A stretch of DNA of 64,000 bases, taken from NCBI GenBank assembly GCA_965237415.1, contig CBDEFM010000002.1, positions 1,376,001-1,440,000 on the forward strand, read 5' to 3'. Below the pieces are notes generated by a model that did not search any database, was not told where the DNA came from, and saw only the letters and a program-made list of their open reading frames with translations. Positions within the stretch are counted from its first letter, which is position 1, and every line of letters starts with the position of its first letter. Positions 38,832-48,752 of the stretch are shown here, in pieces. Origin of the DNA: Alphaproteobacteria bacterium (GTDB taxonomy: Bacteria; Pseudomonadota; Alphaproteobacteria; UBA828). Position numbers and translations under genes: made by a program.

Positions 38832-39617
38832 CTAGCGGAAGAGGTCATCGGCCTCGTCGCGGATGAGGGCGGCGCCGGCGTTCCCCGGCCCTGCGGCGGC
38901 TAGACCGCGCACCACCACCACCGGCATGCCCTCGTCGGCCTCGCCCTGGACCAGCGAGGCGGCGGCGGCGAGCTCGTCAGCGAGCCCCACCTGGGTGACC
39001 TCGAGCGGGCGGCCGAAGAGGTCGTCGCGCCCCCTCAAGTCCAGCAGGGAGGGCAGCCCGGCAGCGCCGAGCGCGAGGCCCACGGTGCCCACCCGCCAGG
39101 CGCGGCCGACGCTGTCGTTGACGATGACGGCGCAATCCGCGCCGAGCCGCTCACGCAGCCCCTCCCTGATACGCCGCGCGCTGCCGTCGGGGTCGCGGGG
39201 AAGCAGCAGCACCCGCTCGTCGGTGCCCGCCGGCTCCACGTTGGAATTGTCGATGCCGGCGTTCGCCATGACGAAGCCCAGCCGATGCTCGACGATGATG
39301 ACCCCGGGGCGATGACGGACCACCCGCCGCGATTCGCTCAGGATGAGCTCAACCATGCGCGGGTCCTTGGCCGTGCGCGCGGCAAGCTCGCGCGCCTCGG
39401 CACCGGGCTCGACCGTGGCGAGGTCGGCGTAGCGCCCCTCGCTCTTGGAGACGATCTTCTGCGCGACCACGAGGACATCGCCTTCGGCAACGGCCTCGCC
39501 GGCGCGCGCTAAGCCGTCCGCGATCAGAGCCGGAAGGTCGTCGCCGGGCTGGACCATGGGGATGCCCGGCAACGCGAAGAGCGAGAGCGCACGAGGGCGT
39601 GCGGACCGCGCGGTCAT
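38832..39617 (-). CDS. cofE: Coenzyme F420-0:L-glutamate ligase
   Basis: QKIVSKSEG, ANAGIDNSN, LLPRDPD, DSVGRAWRVG, ADELAAAA. Confidence 0.94.
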   Translation of the reverse strand: MTARSARPRALSLFALPGIPMVQPGDDLPALIADGLARAGEAVAEGDVLVVAQKIVSKSEGRYADLATVEPGAEARELAARTAKDPRMVELILSESRRVVRHRPGVIIVEHRLGFVMANAGIDNSNVEPAGTDERVLLLPRDPDGSARRIREGLRERLGADCAVIVNDSVGRAWRVGTVGLALGAAGLPSLLDLRGRDDLFGRPLEVTQVGLADELAAAASLVQGEADEGMPVVVVRGLAAAGPGNAGAALIRDEADDLFR

Positions 39618-40072
39618 CGCTGCGCGCCGCCTCCGCCGGCCCCGCTCCAGCTCGTGACCCGCTCGATCCTGATCGCGATCACGGGGAGCGGCGCCAGGTC
39701 CATCGCGCGATACTGCTGATACTTGGCGCGGAGGAGCCGCTGTGCGTCGTCGTGCTCGGCGCCCTCCTCCAGCAACGCCGCCCGGCCACGCACCATGACC
39801 CAGCGAAGCTTCGTCCAGTCTTCATCGTCATAGTGATCGGCGGTGAGCGTGACGTGCGGGTTTTCGGCGATGTTGCGCAGGCGCTTCAGCCGTTTGCCGC
39901 TCTTTGGCTTGCGGTCGATCGCGATATAGACGGAATCGCCACCCACGGCGAAGCAGACCGGCACGACGTGGGGAACGCTGGCGGCATCGGCCGTCGCAAG
40001 GTGGGCGACTCGCCGGCTTTCCAGAAAGGCGCGCTCGGCCGCCCCGAGGACGGCCGCCCTGCCCTCGCCCAT
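39614..40072 (-). CDS. PPOX-class F420-dependent oxidoreductase
   Basis: RVAHLAT, PHVVPVCF, IDRKPK, LKRLRNIAENP, DHYDDEDW. Confidence 0.88.
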   Translation of the reverse strand: MGEGRAAVLGAAERAFLESRRVAHLATADAASVPHVVPVCFAVGGDSVYIAIDRKPKSGKRLKRLRNIAENPHVTLTADHYDDEDWTKLRWVMVRGRAALLEEGAEHDDAQRLLRAKYQQYRAMDLAPLPVIAIRIERVTSWSGAGGGGAQR

Positions 40073-40090
40073 GGTGCCCCGCCGCCGGGC

Positions 40091-40957
40091 TCAGATGTCC
40101 GCGAGCGCCTCCTTGATCCGCCCGATGGCCTCGATGTGGGCGCCCGGTGAGGCGAGGCCCGAGTTCATCGTGTTGATCGAGAAGTGGGTGGCGCCGAGCG
40201 CCTTCCAGCCCTCCGCCTCGGCACGCCACTGCTCGGGCGTCTTATCCTGCACGTCGAGCCAGGTCTCGATCCCGACCTCGGCGGGGTCGCGGCCGGCCTC
40301 GCGGATATAGCCCCGGAACTTCTCGACCTCGGCCGCGCCTTCGTCGTCCGGCGCGAAGAGCGGGAACCACCCGTCGCCCAGCCGCGCGGTCCGCCGGAGG
40401 ACGGAGTCGGCATGACCCCCGAACCAGATCGGGATAGGGCGCTGGACCGGGAGCGGGTTCAGCCCGGCATCGGTGATGCGGTGGTCCTGCCCCTCGAAGG
40501 TTATGAGCTCGTTGGTCCAGAGCAGCCGCATGACCTCGATCTGCTCCTCGATGCGCCGCGCGCGGTCCCCGAAATCCATGCCGAGCGCTTCGTATTCCAC
40601 GTGGTTCCAGCCGATCGCCACGCCGAGCCGGAGCCGGCCGCCGCAGAGCACGTCGAGCGCCGCCGCCTGCTTCGCCACCAGCGCGGTCTGCCGCTGCGGC
40701 AGGATGATGATGCCGGTGACGAATTCCATCTGCTGGGTGACGGCGGCGAGAAAGCCGAACAGCACGAACGGCTCGTGAAACGCGTCGGTGTGCTTGTAAG
40801 GCCCCCGGAGCTCGTGCGTCGCGGCATTGCCGCCCAGCACGTGGTCGAAGGCGAGCACGTGTTCGTAACCCAACGCTTCGGCCGCCTGTCCATAATCGCG
40901 CACGACCGCGGGATCGTTGCCGATCTCGGTCTGTGGAAAAACGACACCAAGCTTCAT
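40091..40957 (-). CDS. LLM-class F420-dependent oxidoreductase
   Basis: MKLGVVFPQTEIG, FDHVLG, HEPFVLFG, LPQRQTALVAKQAA, PIPIWFGG. Confidence 0.9.
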   Translation of the reverse strand: MKLGVVFPQTEIGNDPAVVRDYGQAAEALGYEHVLAFDHVLGGNAATHELRGPYKHTDAFHEPFVLFGFLAAVTQQMEFVTGIIILPQRQTALVAKQAAALDVLCGGRLRLGVAIGWNHVEYEALGMDFGDRARRIEEQIEVMRLLWTNELITFEGQDHRITDAGLNPLPVQRPIPIWFGGHADSVLRRTARLGDGWFPLFAPDDEGAAEVEKFRGYIREAGRDPAEVGIETWLDVQDKTPEQWRAEAEGWKALGATHFSINTMNSGLASPGAHIEAIGRIKEALADI

Positions 40958-41090
40958 TCGGAGCCTCCATCGATCGCGGTTGTGCGCAGCCGGCGCGGCC
41001 ACGGCGCGGCATGCTATCATGCATCGTCAGCGCGGCATCCTCGGACCTCGGCGGAGTGGCCGCGCACCGGCAGGGCAAAGGAGAGACGGA

Positions 41091-41573
41091 ATGGCGGATA
41101 GCGACACGTGGCGCGGCAAGGTCGGCGGCATGACCGACGAAGAGGTCGATGAATTCCTCAAGGGGCCCCACCTCTGCCGGCTTGCCTGCCTCGACGAGGA
41201 GGGTTGGCCCTATATCGTGCCGCTCTGGTATCAGTATCGCGACGGCGGCTATTACGTCATTCCGCGCGCGCTCTCCGTCTGGGCCAAGCACATCCAGCGG
41301 GATCCTCGGATCCACATCTGTGTCGACATCTGGCAGTCGATGCAGAAGGTGATGGCCAGGGGGAAGGCCGAGATCGTCGAGGAGCCCAATACCGGCGGCA
41401 AGTGGGTCGAGATCGCGACCGAGATGTCGCTGCGCTATCTCGGCGAGAACGGCCCGAAGTACCTGGAGCCGACGCTGGTAGAGCCCCGCTGGCTCATCTT
41501 CATGCGGCCCGATTCGCAGATGACCTGGCAGGGCGTGGATTGGGCCAACCGCTACAAGCACACGGCGTGGTAG
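41091..41573 (+). CDS. Pyridoxamine 5'-phosphate oxidase-like (split beta-barrel) protein
   Basis: EVDEFL, RLACLDEEGWPYIVPLWY, IQRDPRI. Confidence 0.8.
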   Translation: MADSDTWRGKVGGMTDEEVDEFLKGPHLCRLACLDEEGWPYIVPLWYQYRDGGYYVIPRALSVWAKHIQRDPRIHICVDIWQSMQKVMARGKAEIVEEPNTGGKWVEIATEMSLRYLGENGPKYLEPTLVEPRWLIFMRPDSQMTWQGVDWANRYKHTAW

Positions 41574-41661
41574 CCGCGGCCAACGGCACGCACCGGCCGG
41601 AGCCAGCGGCTGGTCCTTAGCGCACCGCAGCGCACCGGTATCCAAGTAGACAAAAGGGCCG

Positions 41662-42603
41662 ATGACCGGCGACGCCGAAAGCCGGGCGCACGCCGCCGCG
41701 GGAGCCGCCCCGAAGATCGGCGCGCGCGCGGTCGCCTACCTGCTGTTCGCGGGCGCGCTCTACGGCTTGCTCTTCTCGATCAACAAGGTCGCGACGACCA
41801 ATGGAGTGCCGGGCCTCGCCTACGTCTTCTGGCACACGCTGGGGGCGGGGCTGATCCTGTGGCTCGGCTGTCTCGCGACCCGCACGCCGGTCCGCTTCGA
41901 CCGCGCGCATCTGCGCCTCTATTTCGTCGCCGGCGCGCTCGGCATCTCGATCCCGGTATCCCTGCTCGCCCATGTGGCGCCCAATCTGCCGGCGAGCCTC
42001 GTGGTCATGGTCACCTGCCTCTCGCCCACCTGTACCTATCTGATGGCGATGGCGCTCCGCATGGAGCGGTTCCGGCTGCTCAGTACCGGCGGGGTGGCGC
42101 TCGGCCTCGCCGGGATCCTGATTCTGGTGGTGCCGGGCATCACGTTGCCGAGCTTCGCCGAGGTGAGCTGGCTGCTGCTGGCGCTGCTGGCGCCGGTCTG
42201 CTTCGCCGCGTTCAACATCGCAGGCGCGATCCTGTGGCCGCCCAAGGCGCATTCGTTGGGGCTCGCGTGCGGCATCCAGCTCGGCGGCGCGGTCGTGCTC
42301 GTGCCCGTGATGCTCGGCACGGGCGAGACTTACCTCTTCCCCGGCCCCTTGCTCGCCGGCGACCTCGCAATCCTGGGTGCGACCGGGGTCACCGCACTGG
42401 TCTGGTACCTCATCTTCGAGATCCTCAGGCTTGGCGGCCCGCTCTTCCTCTCCCAATTCGGCTATATCATCGTGCTGACAGGGTTCGGCTGGGGGGCGGT
42501 GATCTTCGGCGAGCGCCTGAGCAGCTCGGCCTGGATTGCGGCCGCCCTGTTGCTGGCGGGCCTCGCGGTGCTCACCTGGTCCAAGCGCCGCAGGAGGGCC
42601 TAG
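41662..42603 (+). CDS. DMT/EamA family transporter
   Basis: About 10 hydrophobic segments, LRMER, WGAVIFGERL. Confidence 0.85.
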   Translation: MTGDAESRAHAAAGAAPKIGARAVAYLLFAGALYGLLFSINKVATTNGVPGLAYVFWHTLGAGLILWLGCLATRTPVRFDRAHLRLYFVAGALGISIPVSLLAHVAPNLPASLVVMVTCLSPTCTYLMAMALRMERFRLLSTGGVALGLAGILILVVPGITLPSFAEVSWLLLALLAPVCFAAFNIAGAILWPPKAHSLGLACGIQLGGAVVLVPVMLGTGETYLFPGPLLAGDLAILGATGVTALVWYLIFEILRLGGPLFLSQFGYIIVLTGFGWGAVIFGERLSSSAWIAAALLLAGLAVLTWSKRRRRA

Positions 42604-42623
42604 CGGGTGTGGAAGGAAAGTGG

Positions 42624-43415
42624 ATGACGATCAGACTGCTTCAGATCGACACCTTCACCGACCGGGTGCTGGGCGGCAATCCGGCTGCGGTCTGCCCCCT
42701 CGACGCCTGGCTGGACGAGGCGACGATGCAGGCCATCGCGGCCGAGAACAATCTGTCGGAGACCGCGTTCATGGTGCCGGAGGGCGAGGGCTATCGCTTG
42801 CGCTGGTTCACGCCCAATGCCGAGGTCGACCTCTGCGGCCATGCCACGCTCGCCGCCGCCTTCGTCGTGTTCGAGGAGCTGAGGCCAGGCACCGAGAGCG
42901 TCGCGTTCGAGACGCTGAGCGGCCGGCTCACGGTCACCCGCGACGGCGAGGCGCTGGTCATGAATTTTCCGGCCCAGCCGGCCAAGCCGACGCCGGCACC
43001 GGCGGTGCTCGCGCAAGCGCTCGGCGCGGCGCCGGCCGAGGTGCTTGCCGGCGCCGACTGGATCGCGGTGTTCGAGAGGGCGACGCAGGTTTCGGGCCTC
43101 AGTCCCGACCAAACGCTGCTGACGACCCTCGCCCGGCGCGGCGTGGTGGCGACCGCGCCGGGCGACGAGGGCGACGCGGACTATGTGCTGCGCTTCTTCG
43201 CGCCTAAGAATGCCGTACCCGAGGACCCGGTTACCGGCAATGTGCAGACCGCGCTGGTACCTTACTGGGCTGGCCGGCTCGGCAAGCGACGGCTCGCCGT
43301 GCACCAGCTTTCGGCGCGTGGCGGGCGGATGGTGTGCGAAGATCGCGGCGAGCGGGTGTCGATTGCAGGCCGCGCGGTGCGCTACATGGACGCGACCATC
43401 TCGGTCGGCAGCTAA
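42624..43415 (+). CDS. PhzF family isomerase
   Basis: GNPAAV, ENNLSETAF, LRWFTP, EVDLCGHATLA, EDPVTG. Confidence 0.9.
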   Translation: MTIRLLQIDTFTDRVLGGNPAAVCPLDAWLDEATMQAIAAENNLSETAFMVPEGEGYRLRWFTPNAEVDLCGHATLAAAFVVFEELRPGTESVAFETLSGRLTVTRDGEALVMNFPAQPAKPTPAPAVLAQALGAAPAEVLAGADWIAVFERATQVSGLSPDQTLLTTLARRGVVATAPGDEGDADYVLRFFAPKNAVPEDPVTGNVQTALVPYWAGRLGKRRLAVHQLSARGGRMVCEDRGERVSIAGRAVRYMDATISVGS

Positions 43416-43437
43416 CGCTGAGCCGCGCCCCCGGTCG

Positions 43438-43782
43438 TCAACCGGCGCAGTCCATGCAGCGGGCGATGGTCGGGTCGATGGCGAGGCGCTTGGCCGGAAT
43501 CCGCTCTCCGCAGTCGACGCAGTAGCCGTAGTCGCCCGTATCGAGGCGGCGCAGCGCTGCATCGATGAGCGGCAGGCGCGCGCGGCGGCGCGCCTCCACC
43601 GTTTGCGCCATCGCCTGCACCTGCATGGCGTCCATGCGCGACACGCGGCCGACGCTCTGCTGATCGAGCGCGACCGGGCGCCGCTCGTCTGCCGCTGCGT
43701 CGCTCAGCGCAAGAAGATCGGCACGCTCCCGTTCGAGGCTCTCCCGAATCTTTTTCGGATCGCGCGTGGGGCGGGCGGTCAT
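43438..43782 (-). CDS. TraR/DksA C4-type zinc finger protein
   Basis: LDQQSVGRVSRMDAMQ, YGYCVDCGERI...RL...CMDC. Confidence 0.88.
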   Translation of the reverse strand: MTARPTRDPKKIRESLERERADLLALSDAAADERRPVALDQQSVGRVSRMDAMQVQAMAQTVEARRRARLPLIDAALRRLDTGDYGYCVDCGERIPAKRLAIDPTIARCMDCAG

Positions 43783-43946
43783 GGGCGGCGTCGGCGCATC
43801 ACGGGGAGGATTGTAGACGATCGAGCGGAGCAATCGAAGGCGGCATACAAAGGCACGCATTTCAAGCGACGTCCGGGCGGCGCGCTTGACGCGCTCGCCT
43901 GCCCCGCCGCACCCTGCAAGGCGAGAGGAATAGAAGGGGGAAACCG

Positions 43947-44867
43947 ATGGCGACCGGCGCAATCGTGGTCACCGGATCGGCGGGGCTGATCGGATTCGGC
44001 GTCGCGTCCCGGCTTGCGCGGGAAGGGCGCACCGTGATCGGCACCGATCGTATCCAGCCGCGGGAGGACGGCGGGTTCCCCTCGACGGATGCGGAGCTTA
44101 CCGACGTCCACAAGCTGCACGCGATCTGCAGCGGCGATATCGCCGCGATCGTCCATTGCGGGGCGGTCTCTGGCCCCATGTTGGGCCGCGACAATCCGCG
44201 TGCGGTGATCGAGACCAACGTCGCGGGCACCGCCAATCTGCTCGAGATCGCCCGTCAGCGCGGCGTCCGCCTGGTGTTCTGCTCTTCGACATCGGCCTAC
44301 GGCAACACGGCCGCCGGCCTCGATCCGGTGCCCGAGGATGCGCCGCTCGCGGCCAACGACATCTACGGCGCCACCAAGGCTTCCGGAGACATCCTCACAC
44401 GCGCCTACGTGGCGCAGACCGGCCTCGACGCCGTCGTGCTGCGCTTCTCCTGGGTCTACGGGCCGCGCCGGCGTACCACCTGCGTCGTGCGCGAGATTAT
44501 TCAGGACGCGCAGGCCGGGCGGGCCACCGCGCTCCCCTATGGCAGCGGCTTCACGCGCCAATATGTTTATATCGACGATGTCGTGGGCGCTGTGGTCGCG
44601 GCGCTCGGCACAGGCGAGTTCGGGTCGCAGCGCGCGTTCAACATCACCGGCGGCCAGCGCCTAGAGTTCGGGGAGATCGCGGACGCCGTCAGGCGCGCGC
44701 TGCCGGAGGCGCAGATCTCGCTCGGCGAGGGCGACGACCCCGAGGACCAGAGCCACGGTCGGTTCGATATCTCGGCCGCCGCCCGCGTCCTCAACTGGCA
44801 GCCGAAGGTCGCGTTCGAAGACGGCGTGCGCGACTACGCAGCCTGGCTCGCCGAGAACCCGGTGTAG
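43947..44867 (+). CDS. NAD-dependent epimerase/dehydratase (extended SDR)
   Basis: TGSAGLIG, SSTSAYG, YGATK, RFSWVYGP, YIDDV. Confidence 0.9.
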   Translation: MATGAIVVTGSAGLIGFGVASRLAREGRTVIGTDRIQPREDGGFPSTDAELTDVHKLHAICSGDIAAIVHCGAVSGPMLGRDNPRAVIETNVAGTANLLEIARQRGVRLVFCSSTSAYGNTAAGLDPVPEDAPLAANDIYGATKASGDILTRAYVAQTGLDAVVLRFSWVYGPRRRTTCVVREIIQDAQAGRATALPYGSGFTRQYVYIDDVVGAVVAALGTGEFGSQRAFNITGGQRLEFGEIADAVRRALPEAQISLGEGDDPEDQSHGRFDISAAARVLNWQPKVAFEDGVRDYAAWLAENPV

Positions 44868-44932
44868 GGCGGACGCAGGCTCTGGGAGCCGTCGGCAACA
44901 ACGAAACGACAAGAATCAGAGGGAGGATCGCC

Positions 44933-45727
44933 ATGCCACGCGCAGCGGTCATCGTGCCGTTTCCCTTCGACGAGGAAGGCCTCGACTACAGGCGTGCCGA
45001 AATGGAGCAGGTCGAGCTCTCGGGCCAGGTCACCTTCGACTACAAGCCGCTCAAGGCAGGCCCGAAGCATTTTATCGGCCGCCATGACGAGATGCTGGTG
45101 GAATTCGCCATCTTCGAGGCGGGCATCGCACTCGCCGAGGAAGGCTATGACGCCATCACGGTCAACACGCTGAGCGATTCCGGCGTCCCCGAGCTGCGCG
45201 CGGTGCTGGACATCCCCGTGGTCTCGAACGGCAAGTCGTCGCTTCTCTACGCGCTCACCCTCGGCACCCGATTTTGCGTGATCGCGCAGACCGACCCGGC
45301 CTATTCGCAGTACACCGACGCCTGGCTCGCCTTTTACAAGAACCTGATGAAGAAGTTCGAGATCGCGCATTTCTGCAGCTCGATCGAGCTGTTCGAGGCG
45401 CAATCGGACATGAAGGCACTGTTCGCCGGCCGAGAGGCCGAGGTCTTCCCCAAGATGAAGGAGGCCTGCGAGAGAGGCCTCGCCAAGGGGGCGGACGTGA
45501 TCGTTCTCGGCTCCACGACTCTCTCTCAGGCGGGGCCCTACCTCTCGGAGAACCTGCCTGTCCCGGTGGTCAATCCGGGACCGCTCTCGCTGAAGATGGT
45601 GGAGATGGTGCTCGGCCTCGGCCACTGCCACAGCCCGGTGGCGCATCCCAAGCCCGCCGTGCCCCGGCCGAAAATGATCCGCGCCATGCTGGACGCCGCC
45701 CGCGCTCATCAGGATGCGGACGACTAG
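44933..45727 (+). CDS. Asp/Glu/hydantoin racemase-family protein (non-Cys variant)
   Basis: EEGYDAITVNTLSDSG, LDIPVV, GADVIVLGSTT, PVPVVNPG. Confidence 0.75.
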   Translation: MPRAAVIVPFPFDEEGLDYRRAEMEQVELSGQVTFDYKPLKAGPKHFIGRHDEMLVEFAIFEAGIALAEEGYDAITVNTLSDSGVPELRAVLDIPVVSNGKSSLLYALTLGTRFCVIAQTDPAYSQYTDAWLAFYKNLMKKFEIAHFCSSIELFEAQSDMKALFAGREAEVFPKMKEACERGLAKGADVIVLGSTTLSQAGPYLSENLPVPVVNPGPLSLKMVEMVLGLGHCHSPVAHPKPAVPRPKMIRAMLDAARAHQDADD

Positions 45728-45751
45728 CCGGCGCCGGGTCGCGGGGGGCGC

Positions 45752-46582
45752 ATGAGCGAACCCTTGGCCAAGGGCGAACCGGCGGGCGCCGGTGGGCCGG
45801 CGGCCTGGGATGCCGGCCTTTACGACCGCTCGTTCGGCTTCGTCTCGGCCTTTGCCACGGACATGGTCGAACTGCTCGCGCCCGAGCCGGGCGAGCGGAT
45901 CGTCGATCTCGGCTGCGGTACCGGGACGCTGACCGCGGCCATCGCCGCACGTGGCGCCGATGTGATCGGCATCGACGGCGATAAGGCGATGGTCGAGCGT
46001 GCGCGTGCGCTTCACCCGACGCTGACGTTCGAGCATGCCGACGGGCGCGACTTCGCCATTGAGGGGCACGCCGACGCGGTCTTCTCCAACGCCGCGCTCC
46101 ACTGGATGACGGAGGCGCCGCCGCAGGTCATCGCCTGCGTGGCGCGGGCGCTCAAGCCCGGCGGCCGGTTCGTCGCCGAGATGGGCGCTCACCGCAACGT
46201 TCGGATCATCACCGACGCGCTTTACCAGGCGCTCGCCGAGGAAGGCGTCCCGGCCGAGGCGGTGGACTTCCCCTGGTATTTTCCGCGCACGAGCCACTAT
46301 GTCGGCTTGCTGGAGGATGGCGGCTTCGACGTGACGCAGCTCTACTATTTCGCCCGCCCGACACCGCTCGACGACTGCCCGAACGGCCTCGCCGACTGGA
46401 TCGTCATGTTCGGCCGGAATTTTACCGACGCGGCACCGCCCGGGCGTGCGCCGGCGGTCATAGACCGCACGATTGAGCTCACCCGCGACCGGCTTCGCCC
46501 GGATGGCCGCTGGATCACCGACTACACGCGCCTTCGCTTCGTTGCCGTGAAGGCGGTCGGCGATAGCCAATTTGATGCTTGA
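45752..46582 (+). CDS. Class I SAM-dependent methyltransferase (Tam-like)
   Basis: DLGCGTG, DAVFSNAALHW, LKPGGRFVAE, DYTRLRF. Confidence 0.9.
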   Translation: MSEPLAKGEPAGAGGPAAWDAGLYDRSFGFVSAFATDMVELLAPEPGERIVDLGCGTGTLTAAIAARGADVIGIDGDKAMVERARALHPTLTFEHADGRDFAIEGHADAVFSNAALHWMTEAPPQVIACVARALKPGGRFVAEMGAHRNVRIITDALYQALAEEGVPAEAVDFPWYFPRTSHYVGLLEDGGFDVTQLYYFARPTPLDDCPNGLADWIVMFGRNFTDAAPPGRAPAVIDRTIELTRDRLRPDGRWITDYTRLRFVAVKAVGDSQFDA

Positions 46583-46600
46583 TGCGTGATGCGGTAGCGT
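46572..46600 (+). promoter_or_regulatory. Putative vapBC promoter/operator with (TGATGC)x3
   Basis: TGATGC at 46573, 46580, 46587; TTGATG-17nt-TAGCGT. Confidence 0.55.
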
Positions 46601-46631
46601 CACTATCCCCGTCTCGATCCGGAATCTTGCG

Positions 46632-46883
46632 ATGCGAACCACACTGAACATCGACGACGATCTGCTCTTCACCGTGAAGGAACTCGCACGGGTCGAGTCG
46701 ACATCTGCAGGCGAGGTGGTGTCGAACCTCTTGCGGCAATCCCTGGCGCGCGATGACTCGGACGGTGCGGGAGATCGCGAGCAGGACAGCCGCGCCGAGT
46801 TCGGCTTTCGTCCGTTTCCCAACCGCGGCGGCGTGGTCACCAACGAACTGCTCAACCGGCTGCGCGAAGAAATCGGCGACTGA
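46632..46883 (+). CDS. RHH antitoxin (VapB/CopG-like)
   Basis: MRTTLNIDDDLL...GEVVSNLLRQSL...GGVVTNELLNRLRE. Confidence 0.88.
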   Translation: MRTTLNIDDDLLFTVKELARVESTSAGEVVSNLLRQSLARDDSDGAGDREQDSRAEFGFRPFPNRGGVVTNELLNRLREEIGD

Positions 46884-47311
46884 TGCGGGCTTTGCCGGAC
46901 GTGAACGTCCTGATCGCCCTGCTTGACGCCGACCACCTGCATCACGAGGCCGCCCGACGCTGGCTGCGGGACAATATCCGAGAGGGGTGGGCAACCTGTC
47001 CCCTTACGGAAAACGGATGCGTACGGATCATGGCGCAACCCGCCTATCCCAACCGGCTGCAGGCCTCTCAGGTCGCTGAGCGTCTCCGCACGGCAAGCGC
47101 TACCGACCATCACCATTTCTGGCCCGACGAAGTAAGCCTTCTGAATTCGGGTGTTGTCGATTGGCGCCGGGTGGTCGGCCCGAGACAGATATCCGATGTT
47201 TATCTGCTAGCGCTTGCTGTCGCGCGGCGAGGGCGATTTGTGACGTTCGACGCCCGTATCAATCCCGACGCCGTCACCGGGGCGGGAGTCGAGAGCTATC
47301 AGGTGATCTGA
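46883..47311 (+). CDS. vapC: PIN-domain VapC toxin
   Basis: DVNVLIAL...HHEAA, CPLTENG, QISDVYLLALA, FVTFD. Confidence 0.9.
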   Translation: MRALPDVNVLIALLDADHLHHEAARRWLRDNIREGWATCPLTENGCVRIMAQPAYPNRLQASQVAERLRTASATDHHHFWPDEVSLLNSGVVDWRRVVGPRQISDVYLLALAVARRGRFVTFDARINPDAVTGAGVESYQVI

Positions 47312-47459
47312 CTGACGGGGCAGCGGCCGCTGCCGGGGAGAGCCGCTCTCGACCGGACGCCGCAATCTCGCCACATTGACCGCCTACGCGGGGCAGTGAC
47401 AGACTTTAGGTCGATTCGCGGCACCCGCCCGAGTCTCCCCGAGCGATTGAGTAGAGCCC

Positions 47460-48212
47460 ATGGCCGGTCATTCCAAATGGGCCAACATCATGTACCGCAA
47501 GGGCGCGCAAGACGCCCGGCGGGCCAAGCGGTTCACGAAGCTGATCCGCGAAGTCTACGTCGCGGCCAGAGAAGGCGCGCCCGACCCCGACCACAATTCC
47601 AGGTTGCGCACGGCCATCGCGGCGGCAAAGTCGCATAGCGTGCCCAAGGACAATATCGAGCGCGCGCTGAAGAAGGCGGCGGGCGGGGACGGCGGCCAGG
47701 AGCGCTTCGACACCTTGAGCTACGAAGGATTCGGGCCCGGCGGTGTCGCCGTCATCGTCGATGCGATCACCGACAACCGCAACCGGACCGCAGCCGAGAT
47801 CCGCTCGATCTTCAGCCGGCACGGCGGCACGCTCGGCGAGACAGGCTCTGTGAACTATCTGTTCCAACGTGTTGGGATTATTCGTTTTCCCGCGGACGCG
47901 GCGAGCGACGACGACATCTTCGAAGCCGCGCTCGAGGTCGGCGCCGACGAGTGCGAGAGCGAGGCGGACGGGCACGAGATGATTTGCGCGCCCGAATCCC
48001 TGAGCGAGACCAACGAGGCGCTGACCGCGCGCTTCGGTGCGCCGGAGCGGGTCGAGATTGCCTGGCGCCCGCAGACGACAGTGCCGATCGACGAAGACAA
48101 GGCGGCGGCCGTCTTCAAGCTGCTGGAAGCGCTCGACGACAGCGACGACGTTCAGCAGGTATCGGCGAACTACGACGTGACCGACGATGTCCTGCACAAG
48201 CTCTCGGCCTGA
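47460..48212 (+). CDS. yebC: YebC/PmpR family protein
   Basis: MAGHSKWANI, YEGFGPGG, TDNRNRT, DDVQQV. Confidence 0.96.
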   Translation: MAGHSKWANIMYRKGAQDARRAKRFTKLIREVYVAAREGAPDPDHNSRLRTAIAAAKSHSVPKDNIERALKKAAGGDGGQERFDTLSYEGFGPGGVAVIVDAITDNRNRTAAEIRSIFSRHGGTLGETGSVNYLFQRVGIIRFPADAASDDDIFEAALEVGADECESEADGHEMICAPESLSETNEALTARFGAPERVEIAWRPQTTVPIDEDKAAAVFKLLEALDDSDDVQQVSANYDVTDDVLHKLSA

Positions 48213-48227
48213 GTGGAGGTGAGCAAC

Positions 48228-48752
48228 GTGGCACGCGTCCTCGGTATCGATCCCGGTCTCCGCCGTATGGGCTGGGGCGTGATCGAAACCGTTGGCAACC
48301 GGCTGCGCCATATCGACCACGGCGTGGTCGATACCGATGCCAAGGCGAGCGTGCCGGAGCGTCTCTGCGCCCTGCACGAAGGGCTCGCGCAGATCGTTGC
48401 GCGCCACGCGCCGGACGAAGCGGCGGTCGAGGAGAGCTTCGTCAACCGGAACGCCGAGTCGACCCTCAAGCTCGGTCTGGCGCGGGGCGTTGCCCTGCTC
48501 GTGCCGGCGCTCGCCGGTCTTCCCGTCCACGAATACGCCGCGAACCGGATCAAGAAGGCGCTGGTCGGTGCCGGACATGCCGACAAGGAGCAGGTCGCCC
48601 TGATGGTCCGCCACCTGTTGCCCGGCCTCGGCGATGCACCTGCGGATGCCACGGACGCGCTCGCCGCGGCAATCTGTCACGCGCACGCCGCCGGCACCCA
48701 CGCCCGCTGGCAGCCGGCCTCGGAGCCGGCAGCGGCGAAGCCCGGCCGATGA
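48228..48752 (+). CDS. ruvC: Holliday junction resolvase
   Basis: [40 protein letters not shown]; GGAGGT RBS. Confidence 0.95.
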   Translation: MARVLGIDPGLRRMGWGVIETVGNRLRHIDHGVVDTDAKASVPERLCALHEGLAQIVARHAPDEAAVEESFVNRNAESTLKLGLARGVALLVPALAGLPVHEYAANRIKKALVGAGHADKEQVALMVRHLLPGLGDAPADATDALAAAICHAHAAGTHARWQPASEPAAAKPGR

